64,000 bases of DNA from a virus (lineage: Duplodnaviria > Heunggongvirae > Uroviricota > Caudoviricetes): IMG/VR virus record IMGVR_UViG_3300029581_000002. One strand, written 5' to 3'. The notes below the pieces were generated by a model that ran no database searches, was not told the origin of the DNA, and saw only the letters and a list, made by a program, of their open reading frames with translations. This document shows, one piece after another, positions 10,268 through 19,644 of this stretch. Both the position numbers and the translations under genes were made by a program. How positions within the stretch are numbered: position 1 is the stretch's first letter; each line of letters begins with the position of its first letter.

Positions 10268-10791
10268 TTCTGAGACTGATAGTAGTTATAGATATCATAG
10301 ATAACATCCACTCTATCATTCTTAGAAGTTAATAAGGTATCCAAGCATGTACGTTCTTCATCAGATAGTGATGCTTCTAGTTCAACCATTTTACGTCCTT
10401 CTTCATAGATAGCCTTAGCTGTATCATATCCTTTCAGATACTTGCCAGGGCATTGTTTGAAGAATGCTACTTCCTGGTCAAGAAGAGCATTAACTACACC
10501 ACGGTTAATCAATCCGGGGTCAGTACTGTACAGAGCATGATTATGTAGTTTACGAGCTTTACCAAGAGCTATTTGAACTCCCATATTCTCATCAAACTCA
10601 TCTTCTGGTTGACATACAGATACGCCAATAGACAGACATTTATCACTTAAGAGTGCATCTTCATCCCAGTTCTCTGTATCTGGGTCAATTTCAGCACATA
10701 CTTCTTGTGACAATGCAACCATTACGAACTTACGTTCCATGCCAGTAAAATCAACAAAACTGTCAACTCTATACTCAACTCTTTCTTTCAT
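10264..10791 (-). CDS. hypothetical protein
   Basis: 175-aa ORF. Confidence 0.4.
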   Translation of the reverse strand: MKERVEYRVDSFVDFTGMERKFVMVALSQEVCAEIDPDTENWDEDALLSDKCLSIGVSVCQPEDEFDENMGVQIALGKARKLHNHALYSTDPGLINRGVVNALLDQEVAFFKQCPGKYLKGYDTAKAIYEEGRKMVELEASLSDEERTCLDTLLTSKNDRVDVIYDIYNYYQSQK

Positions 10792-10855
10792 AAACTTGTA
10801 GATTAAATGTTTCCAAATGTAATCTCTTTAGATAAGTTAATCTGATTATAGGCAA

Positions 10856-11497
10856 TTACTTGCGACCTAGACCATTATAGAAATCAAGTATTGCATTCTC
10901 TTTACGAAGCCAAGTAGCCTGTTCTTTAGCCATATCAAGAATAGTACGACTAATAGATTCTTCTTCTACTTGCTCTTTAACTAACATACCTTCATCCTCA
11001 TCCTCTCCATTCAACCATTGGAATGTAGCCCAATCACTCTCTTTTTGAGCTTGGTCTACAATCTTATTAATACCACGAGTAGTCTCAATCTCCCTATCTA
11101 CTGTGGCAGCAAAGGGCATGACTCTATCAGTGATTTCAACATTAATGGCTGGAACAGGCGGATATTGGAACAGAGCATCGTTAGTGGTTAGATATTCAAA
11201 TATCCAAGAATGATGCAAATATTCTTCCTTAGCACGACCTCTCCAGTAAATACCTAGCTTTGGCAAACCCTCTACTTCAAAGTAATTGGCAAAGGTCATA
11301 TACAGAGCATGGTTGGCAAGTTCGGCTGACATCTGTTTTACCAACATCTCAACCATTACAGTTGATAGTGGGCAAACACGTCTAGACTTATCAATCACCT
11401 GCTCTGTATACTTCATAGTAGGTTCAGCGCCTACGGTTTGAACTCCTTCGCTTGTCTTCTCCTGTATTGGATTTCCGTCTTTGTCTAGCATTCTCAC
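10856..11497 (-). CDS. ferritin-like (four-helix-bundle di-iron) protein
   Basis: AELANHALYMTFANYFE parallels ferritin helix A (ELYASYVYLSMSYYF). RAKEEYLHH parallels the EEREH of helix B. The true start is probably the internal Met (MKYTEQ...) near 11416, which would avoid the overlap with the next gene. Confidence 0.45.
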   Translation of the reverse strand: MRMLDKDGNPIQEKTSEGVQTVGAEPTMKYTEQVIDKSRRVCPLSTVMVEMLVKQMSAELANHALYMTFANYFEVEGLPKLGIYWRGRAKEEYLHHSWIFEYLTTNDALFQYPPVPAINVEITDRVMPFAATVDREIETTRGINKIVDQAQKESDWATFQWLNGEDEDEGMLVKEQVEEESISRTILDMAKEQATWLRKENAILDFYNGLGRK

Positions 11498-11768
11498 GTT
11501 CTAACACTTTAAAATTGTTGTTCATTAAATAATCTAGGGGAGCTGCTAGCCAAGTAATATACTTAGCACATGTAATCTCATCGTCGACTTTAATAAACTG
11601 CGATTCCCTTACCTTAATAGGCTTATCAGTAGTATAGAACTTAGAACCTACACATTCTACCCTATCCTTCCTAATGAGGTATAGTTGTACTTCATATAGA
11701 AAGGAAGGATATACTGTTAGTTTAACGTCCCCAGAATGGTAGACAGTCGGGGGCGTAGGTTTTGCCAT
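11424..11768 (-). CDS. hypothetical basic protein
   Basis: 114-aa ORF with an Arg-rich C-terminus. Confidence 0.3.
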   Translation of the reverse strand: MAKPTPPTVYHSGDVKLTVYPSFLYEVQLYLIRKDRVECVGSKFYTTDKPIKVRESQFIKVDDEITCAKYITWLAAPLDYLMNNNFKVLERENARQRRKSNTGEDKRRSSNRRR

Positions 11769-12180
11769 TCCAAGAATATTTAGTAACCTGGGACTTCTCT
11801 GTCTTATATTTACTTAATAAGAAAGGGATGTCAGATTGAATACATTTATGGCTAAATGTGTTCTTTGGTATAGGTTTGTTGGTCTTTGGATTCATTTTAC
11901 CAGTAGTAAAGTTACCACCCTTTACATACACGACCAGAGTTCCAGGAATAGGAATAGATTTGGCAGGAGCCGGCCATTGATAACTTGGAGCGGGGAATCG
12001 TCTATAGCGTTTCCACAACTTACGTTCTTTAGGAGTTTTACTCCACACACTTGGGTCACGTGGTGTTACAGACGGCTGTCTTAAATGCTCTGCCACCATG
12101 AAAGCATCATCGGTCAAATCCTTGATTCTTAGTCTTTTGAATCTCTCCTCTGGAGTCTCTTTGATAGTTTCCTTCTTCAT
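11722..12180 (-). CDS. hypothetical protein
   Basis: 152-aa ORF. Confidence 0.35.
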   Translation of the reverse strand: MKKETIKETPEERFKRLRIKDLTDDAFMVAEHLRQPSVTPRDPSVWSKTPKERKLWKRYRRFPAPSYQWPAPAKSIPIPGTLVVYVKGGNFTTGKMNPKTNKPIPKNTFSHKCIQSDIPFLLSKYKTEKSQVTKYSWNGKTYAPDCLPFWGR

Positions 12181-12210
12181 TACTGATAAGTTTAATGAGT
12201 TAAATATTAG

Positions 12211-12387
12211 TTATTTACCACGTTTGGTATAAACTGCCCCACAGACATTACATTTATAAAGCCTGTTGTCATAATCGAACAGCGTGTGAGTAGTATCTCT
12301 ACCACACCTTGCACAATTCATTAACTTAACAAATTCATACACCTTCTTCGGCTTATGAGGTGCCGTACCTTTCTTACGTGAAGCCAT
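12211..12387 (-). CDS. small zinc-ribbon protein (58 aa, below ORF-track cutoff)
   Basis: Manual translation gives MASRKKGTAPHKPKKVYEFVKLMNCARCGRDTTHTLFDYDNRLYKCNVCGAVYTKRGK with a CxxC...CxxC pattern. It exactly fills the gap between flanking genes. Confidence 0.4.
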   Translation of the reverse strand: MASRKKGTAPHKPKKVYEFVKLMNCARCGRDTTHTLFDYDNRLYKCNVCGAVYTKRGK

Positions 12388-12390
12388 AGC

Positions 12391-12663
12391 TTAAATTCCT
12401 TTAGTTAACTCTTCTAATCTAGTTACTTCTTGTTTGTAATCTTGAATATATTCTTTCAGAGACATGGCATCTGGGTGCTTACACTCTATTCTATAATCCG
12501 CTATTCTTTGAAGACATGCAGATATGGGAAGTCCATAACCAATTACTTTAAACTCCTGACGTTCTCCGTCCTTAGATTTAATAGTCTTTAGTATAGATAG
12601 GTCCCAGAAGTGTAAATTGTCACCTACAGATTCCATTCTAAAGTCAGCTTCTTCAATAATCAT
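12391..12663 (-). CDS. hypothetical protein
   Basis: 90-aa ORF. Confidence 0.35.
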   Translation of the reverse strand: MIIEEADFRMESVGDNLHFWDLSILKTIKSKDGERQEFKVIGYGLPISACLQRIADYRIECKHPDAMSLKEYIQDYKQEVTRLEELTKGI

Positions 12664-12692
12664 ACTTGATTATCCGTAAAGTTAGTATTAGT

Positions 12693-12905
12693 TTAATCTG
12701 ATTGTTCTTCTAATACCTTACCTATTAGCCATAAGTATAAGAATGGTGATATGACTGGACATGTCATCCACCAACCTACATCCTCCTCTACGACTTCCCA
12801 GAAGTATTCTTCATCCAAGTCGTAGTATGCAAGCATGTAGTTCAGTACAATGTTTAGTAAGTAAGACACACCATACAGTGCAAGCACTATTAATATTACA
12901 ATCAC
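12693..12905 (-). CDS. small membrane protein
   Basis: 70 aa with two hydrophobic helices. Confidence 0.35.
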   Translation of the reverse strand: MIVILIVLALYGVSYLLNIVLNYMLAYYDLDEEYFWEVVEEDVGWWMTCPVISPFLYLWLIGKVLEEQSD

Positions 12906-13378
12906 AATTTCTCTTTCTCTACTCTAAATTGACAACATAGTTTCTGCAACTCGAGTATGACGGGTTCTAAGGTACTAACACCCTTAACCAACACTGCTCG
13001 TTGGTCTACCGTCCTTCTAGCTAAATGAGATTGGACGCTGGAAACAGCATCTTCATATCTCTTCTTAATAAGGTCTCTATTCTCGAAATACTTGGGAATT
13101 TTACCATGCAGATATATTAAAGCATCTAATGCCTTAATAAGTTCCTTATGGCTCATAGAAGTAGATATTCTGTCATAAATAAATACATATCTATCAACTC
13201 CGTCTGGAATGATATTTATATATTTATCAGTTTCAGTTCCTTCTCTTCCTACATGGTCTGCTAACCTCACAGTAGCAGAGAATCCGTTCAATGTGTAGTA
13301 CTCCGAATCTCCCTTATAATTAGTAGAAGTAAATCCCTTCCTCTTCAGCCATGCTTTTAGTTTGCTCAACCCTCTCAT
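12902..13378 (-). CDS. hypothetical protein
   Basis: 158-aa ORF. Confidence 0.4.
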   Translation of the reverse strand: MRGLSKLKAWLKRKGFTSTNYKGDSEYYTLNGFSATVRLADHVGREGTETDKYINIIPDGVDRYVFIYDRISTSMSHKELIKALDALIYLHGKIPKYFENRDLIKKRYEDAVSSVQSHLARRTVDQRAVLVKGVSTLEPVILELQKLCCQFRVEKEKL

Positions 13379-13625
13379 CTTGTTTAATCTTCTTTTCCAC
13401 CTTTCGAAATATCAAGTCTTCGTCAAGTGGACATCTACACTCCATAGTACAGTCACTGGCTTTAAAGTAACAGCCAAAGCACGCGCAACCACTGTCAACG
13501 ATTTCTACCGGACTGCCGTTTACAGTGATAAGGTCTCCTACCTGTAAAATGGGTATTAATTCATTGTCTTCGTACTTAAATTTCTGCATATCTAAAGTTA
13601 AAAAAGAAGGGCCAAACCCAGACAA
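13320..13625 (-). CDS. hypothetical Cys-rich protein
   Basis: 101 aa with a CACFGCYF...C..C.C cluster. Confidence 0.35.
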   Translation of the reverse strand: MSGFGPSFLTLDMQKFKYEDNELIPILQVGDLITVNGSPVEIVDSGCACFGCYFKASDCTMECRCPLDEDLIFRKVEKKIKQDERVEQTKSMAEEEGIYFY

Positions 13626-13837
13626 TCACTAGAGTAGACCTTACCTCATTAGAAGTAAAGAATAATCTAATAACTAATCTGAATTTGACCCTAAACGGCA
13701 GTACGAATATCGTTCTGCGCGATTAGCACTACATTAAATATAACGTAGCCTAAAGTCCGTTATCATAGATGATAACAATAATACCAAGGATTGGCATTAG
13801 GTGTGTTGCTAGGAGCAACGAAGAAGAGCCTACATCC

Positions 13838-13846
13838 CCCCCCCAG
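13838..13846. repeat. C9 homopolymer (G9 on the transcribed minus strand) in the intergenic/promoter region
   Basis: Direct count of 9 consecutive C in an AT-rich background. It lies upstream of the minus-strand gene starting at 13625. Confidence 0.9.
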
Positions 13847-13897
13847 TGATATTCTGGCTGGAATGTCTATTCCATAACCTATCACCATACATAAGAA

Positions 13898-14266
13898 CTA
13901 TTCAAAGTAGTCTGGGAACTTATCTTTTAATATTTCAGATATGTCCACGCCAGTCAGTTCAGCCATAGATAATTCTTCCAACATTGCGTCTTCAGAATCG
14001 TCCACACTACCGTCAGCGCTATCAATAAGATTGAGCAGTAATTGAGCTTTCTCATCAGTCAGCCCGTCTTGCGCCCATTTACTTACTACTTCTGCAAAGA
14101 ATTCATCGAACTCATAAGAAGTTTGCTCGTCTTCATCAGCGATTGCATTCTTCTTGGCAAACAGTTCTTTGATGTCTTCATCTGTAATAGTTCCGGCTTT
14201 ATCATAAGCCGCGTTCAATGACTCTATAAGAGAGTCTTGTTCATCGAATGTCATTGTTGTTAACAA
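13898..14266 (-). CDS. highly acidic small protein (possible DNA-mimic/anti-restriction type)
   Basis: 122 aa that is extremely rich in D/E. Confidence 0.4.
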   Translation of the reverse strand: MLTTMTFDEQDSLIESLNAAYDKAGTITDEDIKELFAKKNAIADEDEQTSYEFDEFFAEVVSKWAQDGLTDEKAQLLLNLIDSADGSVDDSEDAMLEELSMAELTGVDISEILKDKFPDYFE

Positions 14267-14419
14267 TTAATGTTAAGAACATGTGAATAGTCTATTCACA
14301 CCAACCCTCAAGGGCTTAAGATAATGTATGGTAATCAAATCACCATTACAGCAGTGGGGACTGCTTAAACAGGCATTTCACTCTCAATTATGCCTGTGGT
14401 TATGTTAGAATAAAGAAAT

Positions 14420-14743
14420 TCACTTCTTCCAGGATATGAATAGATATTCTCCAACTAAGCCAGGATATCCTTCTTTATCAATAACCTTAACGAAGAATCG
14501 TTTATCTTCGTAGTATTTAAGGATTTCATCCTTGGCTTTAGCTACATCATCATTCAAATCCATAACAAGACTAAAGTAATTGTTCTCACTCTTAGCCTTA
14601 ATAAGTTGGTCAGTAGTATCTAGAAACCTCTTAATTAGAGTTTCTTGTGTCACCACTTCATTGTAAGTGGCAACTGAATATGCCTCGTCCGCATTCATAG
14701 ATTCACCTTCCAACAATTTACCAAAATTAAAGATATTCTTCAT
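14420..14743 (-). CDS. hypothetical protein
   Basis: 107-aa ORF. Confidence 0.4.
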   Translation of the reverse strand: MKNIFNFGKLLEGESMNADEAYSVATYNEVVTQETLIKRFLDTTDQLIKAKSENNYFSLVMDLNDDVAKAKDEILKYYEDKRFFVKVIDKEGYPGLVGEYLFISWKK

Positions 14744-14763
14744 AATAACTAATAATTGGTTTG

Positions 14764-14837
14764 TGACTCAGGTGGGGCTCTAACCCACAACCCTCTCCTT
14801 AGGACGGAGATGCTCTATACTATTGAGCTACTGAGCC
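14764..14837 (-). tRNA. tRNA-Arg(CCT)
   Basis: Manual cloverleaf: acceptor GGCTCAG/CTGAGTC, D arm GCTC..GAGC, anticodon stem TCTCC/GGAGA with loop GTCCTAA (U33, A37). The T loop is atypical (TTAGAGC). Confidence 0.6.
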
Positions 14838-14844
14838 TTGAAAG

Positions 14845-15210
14845 CTATACGTTAATACTCCCAGTGTGTCTGCCTTTTACTTTAACAGAGTTAGCATCAA
14901 TGTCTCCTTGTACATTACCACCAACCTCAATACTGTTAGCTTCTATAGAACCTCCCACATTGCCTTTAACTTTAACACTATTACCATGTACAGTAAATGC
15001 GTCTCCGTCAATATCACATGTGTTGCAGTTAAGCTCTTTTACGTTACCAGTAAAACTGATATGTACACTATCCTTATTAGTTTCAGATATTAATTTACCA
15101 TTTACGTAAATTTTACGCTTGATTTGTGAGATAGTGATATTGTCCTCTTCAATGTTATAGGACTCATTATCAATAAATAACTTATTCATGATTCTTTTTA
15201 TCCAGTTCAT
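14845..15210 (-). CDS. bactofilin-like beta-helical repeat protein
   Basis: Repeats GNSVKVKGNVGGSIEANSIEVGGNVQGDIDANSVKVKG resemble bactofilin (DUF583) repeats. Confidence 0.4.
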   Translation of the reverse strand: MNWIKRIMNKLFIDNESYNIEEDNITISQIKRKIYVNGKLISETNKDSVHISFTGNVKELNCNTCDIDGDAFTVHGNSVKVKGNVGGSIEANSIEVGGNVQGDIDANSVKVKGRHTGSINV

Positions 15211-15809
15211 CTTCCTTCGTAATACTTAATCAGTTTATCAAATGCTTCAATCCTAGCATTGTGACCCTTCTCGTCATCGGGAGTCCACCAAAATGCCTTA
15301 CCATACCTGTCTTTAGGTGCGCCTAAGAACTCTCTATTGAACTCTGGAAACATAGCAACTACATCACGTTCATCGTAGATGTTGATTCCTCTTTCTGTGC
15401 CAGCTATAGCATGTTCAATGCAGAAACACATTCCCCAGTATTCTGAATGGTCTTCAAACAGCTTCTTAGCTTTTAGTAAGATAGTGTGCTTATTGATTCT
15501 TTCTGTGTACCAATGGATGAGTTTATCGAAGGCTATAAGCCTGTGTTTCTTCTCATCTACGGGCCACCAAAAGACCAGCCTAGCTACTTCTTCTTGTTTG
15601 ACATTACCTCCTAGAAACTCTGGGTTAAACTCCGGAATTAATGCCACTAATTCATTATAAGAGGGAGGTATTCCTTCTTTAAACACTCCGTTGAATGCTT
15701 GCTTCATATAGTGGCACATACCACCATTCTTATCACTACCTGGCTTTGTATCTTTATCGTACAAGTCTTTAGCAGTCTTTAATCTTTTAATAATTTCTAA
15801 GTTAGTCAT
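15207..15809 (-). CDS. hypothetical protein with internal tandem duplication
   Basis: Two about 50-aa repeats (..PEFNPEFLGG..FWWP.DEK.H..IAFDKLI.WY) within 200 aa. Confidence 0.45.
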   Translation of the reverse strand: MTNLEIIKRLKTAKDLYDKDTKPGSDKNGGMCHYMKQAFNGVFKEGIPPSYNELVALIPEFNPEFLGGNVKQEEVARLVFWWPVDEKKHRLIAFDKLIHWYTERINKHTILLKAKKLFEDHSEYWGMCFCIEHAIAGTERGINIYDERDVVAMFPEFNREFLGAPKDRYGKAFWWTPDDEKGHNARIEAFDKLIKYYEGR

Positions 15810-15829
15810 CTCTTTCCTTATTAAGTTAG

Positions 15830-15901
15830 TAGTCCCAGGCAGAGTCGAACTGCCATTTCAGGTTCCGTAGACCAGCGTTCTATCCATTGAACTATGGGAC
15901 C
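15830..15901 (-). tRNA. tRNA-Arg(ACG)
   Basis: Acceptor GGTCCCA/TGGGACT, D arm GTTC AATGGATA GAAC, anticodon loop CTACGGA, T arm GGCAG TTCGACT CTGCC. Confidence 0.6.
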
Positions 15902-16049
15902 ATACAGGAAGCAATTCCGATTTAACGGCCGCCCTTGCCAGTATCACGTACTGGGCTTTTCACGTGGACGGTCTGCCAGCATAACTCACAGTATTACTTA
16001 CATGCTTCCTTTAAAGTTTTAGCCTCTTCCAGCGCAAGAGCACTTATAG

Positions 16050-16316
16050 TCACTCTTCGCCATAGTACATCAAGTATAGCACCTGCTGACGCAAACCATA
16101 TCTACGTGTAACCACGTTGGCTTCCGCTCTCCTGGAAAGCGCAGCATTGATACTCCTCTTGAGTTTATCGGCATCAAATAGCAAACCAGTCACTCCTACT
16201 AATCCATTAGGCTCATCAGCGCAGATGTAGTCTACTGCTTCAAAGAGCTGGGCTTTAGTTTCAGAGCTGTTCACCTTCTGCCATTTCTTTATTTCTTTCT
16301 CAAAGTCCATAATCAA
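16050..16316 (-). CDS. hypothetical protein
   Basis: 88-aa ORF. Confidence 0.35.
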   Translation of the reverse strand: MIMDFEKEIKKWQKVNSSETKAQLFEAVDYICADEPNGLVGVTGLLFDADKLKRSINAALSRRAEANVVTRRYGLRQQVLYLMYYGEE

Positions 16317-16687
16317 TTAAGTGCTTCGAGTTCTTTAGCCAATTCTTCCAGAGACTTACCTTCGAGTTCTGCGTCTTGTTTCTTAGCCATAAGGTCAAGA
16401 ATCTTCTGACGCTTAGCTTTCTTCTCACTTTCAAGTAGACGGTCTTCCTGTTCTTGCAACTTAACATCAATAATGTGTTTTGCAATATTGAATTTCAGTT
16501 CAAGTTCGGTAGTGTCTTTAGTCCGGGTTTTGATGAAGCTTTCAGTTTTAGACTCTTGCAATTTCTTGTTAAGAGCAATTGCAATATTGTCAAGTTGAAT
16601 TAAGGGTAAATCCCACAAGTCTTCAACAGAAAGAACTCCACGTTGCGTGTTAAAACGCAATTTCATTCTAGATGCTTTCTCAAACAT
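16313..16687 (-). CDS. hypothetical protein
   Basis: 124-aa ORF predicted to be coiled-coil. Confidence 0.4.
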   Translation of the reverse strand: MFEKASRMKLRFNTQRGVLSVEDLWDLPLIQLDNIAIALNKKLQESKTESFIKTRTKDTTELELKFNIAKHIIDVKLQEQEDRLLESEKKAKRQKILDLMAKKQDAELEGKSLEELAKELEALN

Positions 16688-16689
16688 AA

Positions 16690-17628
16690 TTATAGCATTA
16701 AATTGTTAATACGTTTATATTCTTCAAACACTTTGTCCTCTGATTCTTCTCCCCACATACTGTGAATGAGAATACCATAAGCACAAGGCTGGTACACAAT
16801 AGGGTCTACTGCCTTCTTAGTGATTGTAACCTCTGGATTGTTTAATTGACTAGGAGGGCAAGCTACAAATAGCTCATTTCTACCTATCTTAACAGCATCA
16901 AAGGAAACTATGTTAGGGTAGCTAAAAGCCTTTACATCAGCAGGAAGGCCGGGATTCTTGTTAATTATACTAGACAGCCTGAGTGTGCCTTCTGTATCAG
17001 GGCCAATAACTATGTGATTGTGTGATTCTATGTATTTCTTCAGATTGTTCAACATAGTTTCACTGTCACTGTATCCGTAGTTAATACCTGTAACATAATA
17101 ATACGCCCCATTAGCATACTCCAACCCTAAATCAGAGAACATTGGTCCTTCACCATTAAGTTTACGCTTAACTTCTAAGATTTCTCTAATATTACGGTCA
17201 GGAATCACTCCAGTGTACTGTTTTAGTAGACCTTTGACAAGTTTATACTTCTTACAAACATCATCAAATTGTTTAGAACCAACTAGAAGAGTACTCTCTC
17301 CGAATACCTCTCTTGCACGCTTTACGAAACTAAACAAGTTCTTAGCGCGCATGGCATCCAGAGCTATCTGATTATATTCCGATATTTTAGCTTGCAATAA
17401 CCTAGCATTTTTTGAGCTGCCCAGTCCAGCATCAACCAACGTGTTGTATTCTCTTACTAATGTATCTCTATTAGGAATATCAACTGATGTCTTGGAAACA
17501 GAACGTAGATATTCCTCCATACATAAAGCAAGAGCCATAGCTATGTTGGACTGAATAGTCGTCACCGGCACGTCAACCACTTCTGGAGTTATAACTTCAG
17601 AATCATTGCGTTTTAGAAATCTAAACAT
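16690..17628 (-). CDS. paralog-family protein A (C-terminal ..GILIHSMWGEESEDKVFEEYK motif)
   Basis: Shares N-terminal (AL.L..EY), mid (G.IP..N..EI, LF.A.P) and C-terminal motifs with 19645..20511 and 25252..26103. Confidence 0.5.
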   Translation of the reverse strand: MFRFLKRNDSEVITPEVVDVPVTTIQSNIAMALALCMEEYLRSVSKTSVDIPNRDTLVREYNTLVDAGLGSSKNARLLQAKISEYNQIALDAMRAKNLFSFVKRAREVFGESTLLVGSKQFDDVCKKYKLVKGLLKQYTGVIPDRNIREILEVKRKLNGEGPMFSDLGLEYANGAYYYVTGINYGYSDSETMLNNLKKYIESHNHIVIGPDTEGTLRLSSIINKNPGLPADVKAFSYPNIVSFDAVKIGRNELFVACPPSQLNNPEVTITKKAVDPIVYQPCAYGILIHSMWGEESEDKVFEEYKRINNLML

Positions 17629-19640
17629 CAGAAATTGACTTTTAAAGTTCTACTAAATGTTCCGTCCACTTTAACAATAACGGAATTACGCATAGTAGAT
17701 GAGAACCCTAATCCACTCAATTGATGTTCTTGGTAAGGAGTCTTCATCTTATCAGCTAGAACCTCAAATACCTTACGGTGAGGAGTTAGCTCACTGTTAA
17801 GATATTCGTTAAAGAATCCACGAACAGGCTCCGGATTCTTGCAATCATCCAACATAAAGAAGTAATGTTTATTGCCAATACCCTGCTCATCCCAATAATT
17901 GGGGGACAGCATCATCACGTTCACCTTATGGAACTTGTTAGTATCAATATTCCATAGGCTTACTGACGAATGGCTAGTACTGGGTATTAGCTCTCTTATT
18001 TGGATACCTTTAGATTTACTGTAAGTAATCTCGGCAACCATGACATTCTCTTTATGTTTAACGGGTTTGTCATAGACAAATTGTCGGACTTCTCCATTGT
18101 GTTCTATTTCCAATGTAAATCCTGTATCAACAGATTCTCTACAATGAAAGTTATTAACATACACAACATACTTACCTTCAAGCATCTTGCGTTCGTTAAC
18201 CCATATAATGTTCTCAACGGGTTTGCGAGTTTTGCCATATCCGGCATTTTCATCCACGTCTAGCTTACCACCACTTCTGCCGATTCTGTTGGAGTAATAA
18301 ATTTCAAGATTATTAGGTTCAACGACATGCAAATCCAAGTCATCATAGTTAGACCACGCTAATGAACATCTTAAGAATCCTTCAGTCTGACCACCAGCAG
18401 CTCTTACTTTCTCTTTAATAGAATCAGCTACTCCTCCATTATATGTCCAAGCAAAGTTGTTTGGCCATTTAAATAGATTCTTAGCATCCTTATTAACAGG
18501 AGCTGTAAGAGTTACTAAGTTATTAGACAGCCTACTCTCCATTAACACTTCTATGTTAGTGGCAGTGGGTACCACATTAGCAATGAAATCATCAATGCTA
18601 ATTTCAGTTAACTTGTCAAACTTCTTAGGATTAACTTTAGTGTCTGCGGCCAGTTCCTCGAATATGTTTCCGGCCATTACCTTCTTGGCATCACGGTTAG
18701 CGAATATAACATTGTTGACTGTTATATCCTCTAAAGCAGCATGTCTACGAGGTAGAGAATCCATAAGACCTAGTTCCTGCACTTTCTTCTGTGCTTCCTC
18801 AATCATTCTTTTAGTAACAATTGACTTAGGTCTTTGATAGTTCTCTGGAGCCATGATACGTTCGTATGCAGTCACACAATCGTCCAATTCAAGTCCTGAT
18901 GATATATTTACCAACAATGTACCAATTGCCGTATTACGAATGCGTGCACATCCTACACGATTGAAGTTTGCCCAACACCAGTTGTCTTTCTCTTCATCAG
19001 GTAATGAATCATAGTATCTTTTATGACCCAGGAATACACTTAAGTCATTTTTAAACTGTTCTCCTCTATATAAAGCATTCTGACCTATTAAGTCCAGAAC
19101 TGTTTCTATAGAATCGATAGTTAATTCCTCCAGTGCACGTTTGAACACTTCCTTAGTTGTGCGTAAAGTCCCCATTACAGCAGATACGGATTCAGTTCCT
19201 GTATACACCAATTGATTTGGCATATGATAGTAAAGATGATTCCAGGTAATTACTTTAGGACCTTGCAAACTGTCAATATAGGCATTGTTTCTATCAATTC
19301 CTAGTTCATAATCACGAGTGATAAAAACATCTACAACTGGTTTTGATTTCACTAATGCATCGAGATTTCTAGCTACAGTAGCATAAGGTTCATCCAACTG
19401 TAGGTTCTCCCACATGGTTACTACTTTATTGTCTTTAATGGCGACAACTCTACCATAATGTCTGATATAATGTTTACAATTGTTGCAATTATGAGACTGT
19501 CTCTCTTCCTCCGGAAAGGAATTAAGGTAACAATCCCATAATGCGTCCTTGTCTACATTAATCAGAAAGAGCATGTCTGCACCAGCAGCTAGTTGATTAA
19601 ACTGCGCATGGACTGCTCTTTTAAACTTGACAAATTCCAT
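17628..19640 (-). CDS. large hypothetical protein (670 aa) with N-terminal Cys/His cluster
   Basis: Long uninterrupted ORF carrying HNCNNCKHYIRHYGR. No recognisable catalytic motifs. Confidence 0.5.
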   Translation of the reverse strand: MEFVKFKRAVHAQFNQLAAGADMLFLINVDKDALWDCYLNSFPEEERQSHNCNNCKHYIRHYGRVVAIKDNKVVTMWENLQLDEPYATVARNLDALVKSKPVVDVFITRDYELGIDRNNAYIDSLQGPKVITWNHLYYHMPNQLVYTGTESVSAVMGTLRTTKEVFKRALEELTIDSIETVLDLIGQNALYRGEQFKNDLSVFLGHKRYYDSLPDEEKDNWCWANFNRVGCARIRNTAIGTLLVNISSGLELDDCVTAYERIMAPENYQRPKSIVTKRMIEEAQKKVQELGLMDSLPRRHAALEDITVNNVIFANRDAKKVMAGNIFEELAADTKVNPKKFDKLTEISIDDFIANVVPTATNIEVLMESRLSNNLVTLTAPVNKDAKNLFKWPNNFAWTYNGGVADSIKEKVRAAGGQTEGFLRCSLAWSNYDDLDLHVVEPNNLEIYYSNRIGRSGGKLDVDENAGYGKTRKPVENIIWVNERKMLEGKYVVYVNNFHCRESVDTGFTLEIEHNGEVRQFVYDKPVKHKENVMVAEITYSKSKGIQIRELIPSTSHSSVSLWNIDTNKFHKVNVMMLSPNYWDEQGIGNKHYFFMLDDCKNPEPVRGFFNEYLNSELTPHRKVFEVLADKMKTPYQEHQLSGLGFSSTMRNSVIVKVDGTFSRTLKVNF

Positions 19641-19644
19641 AATT

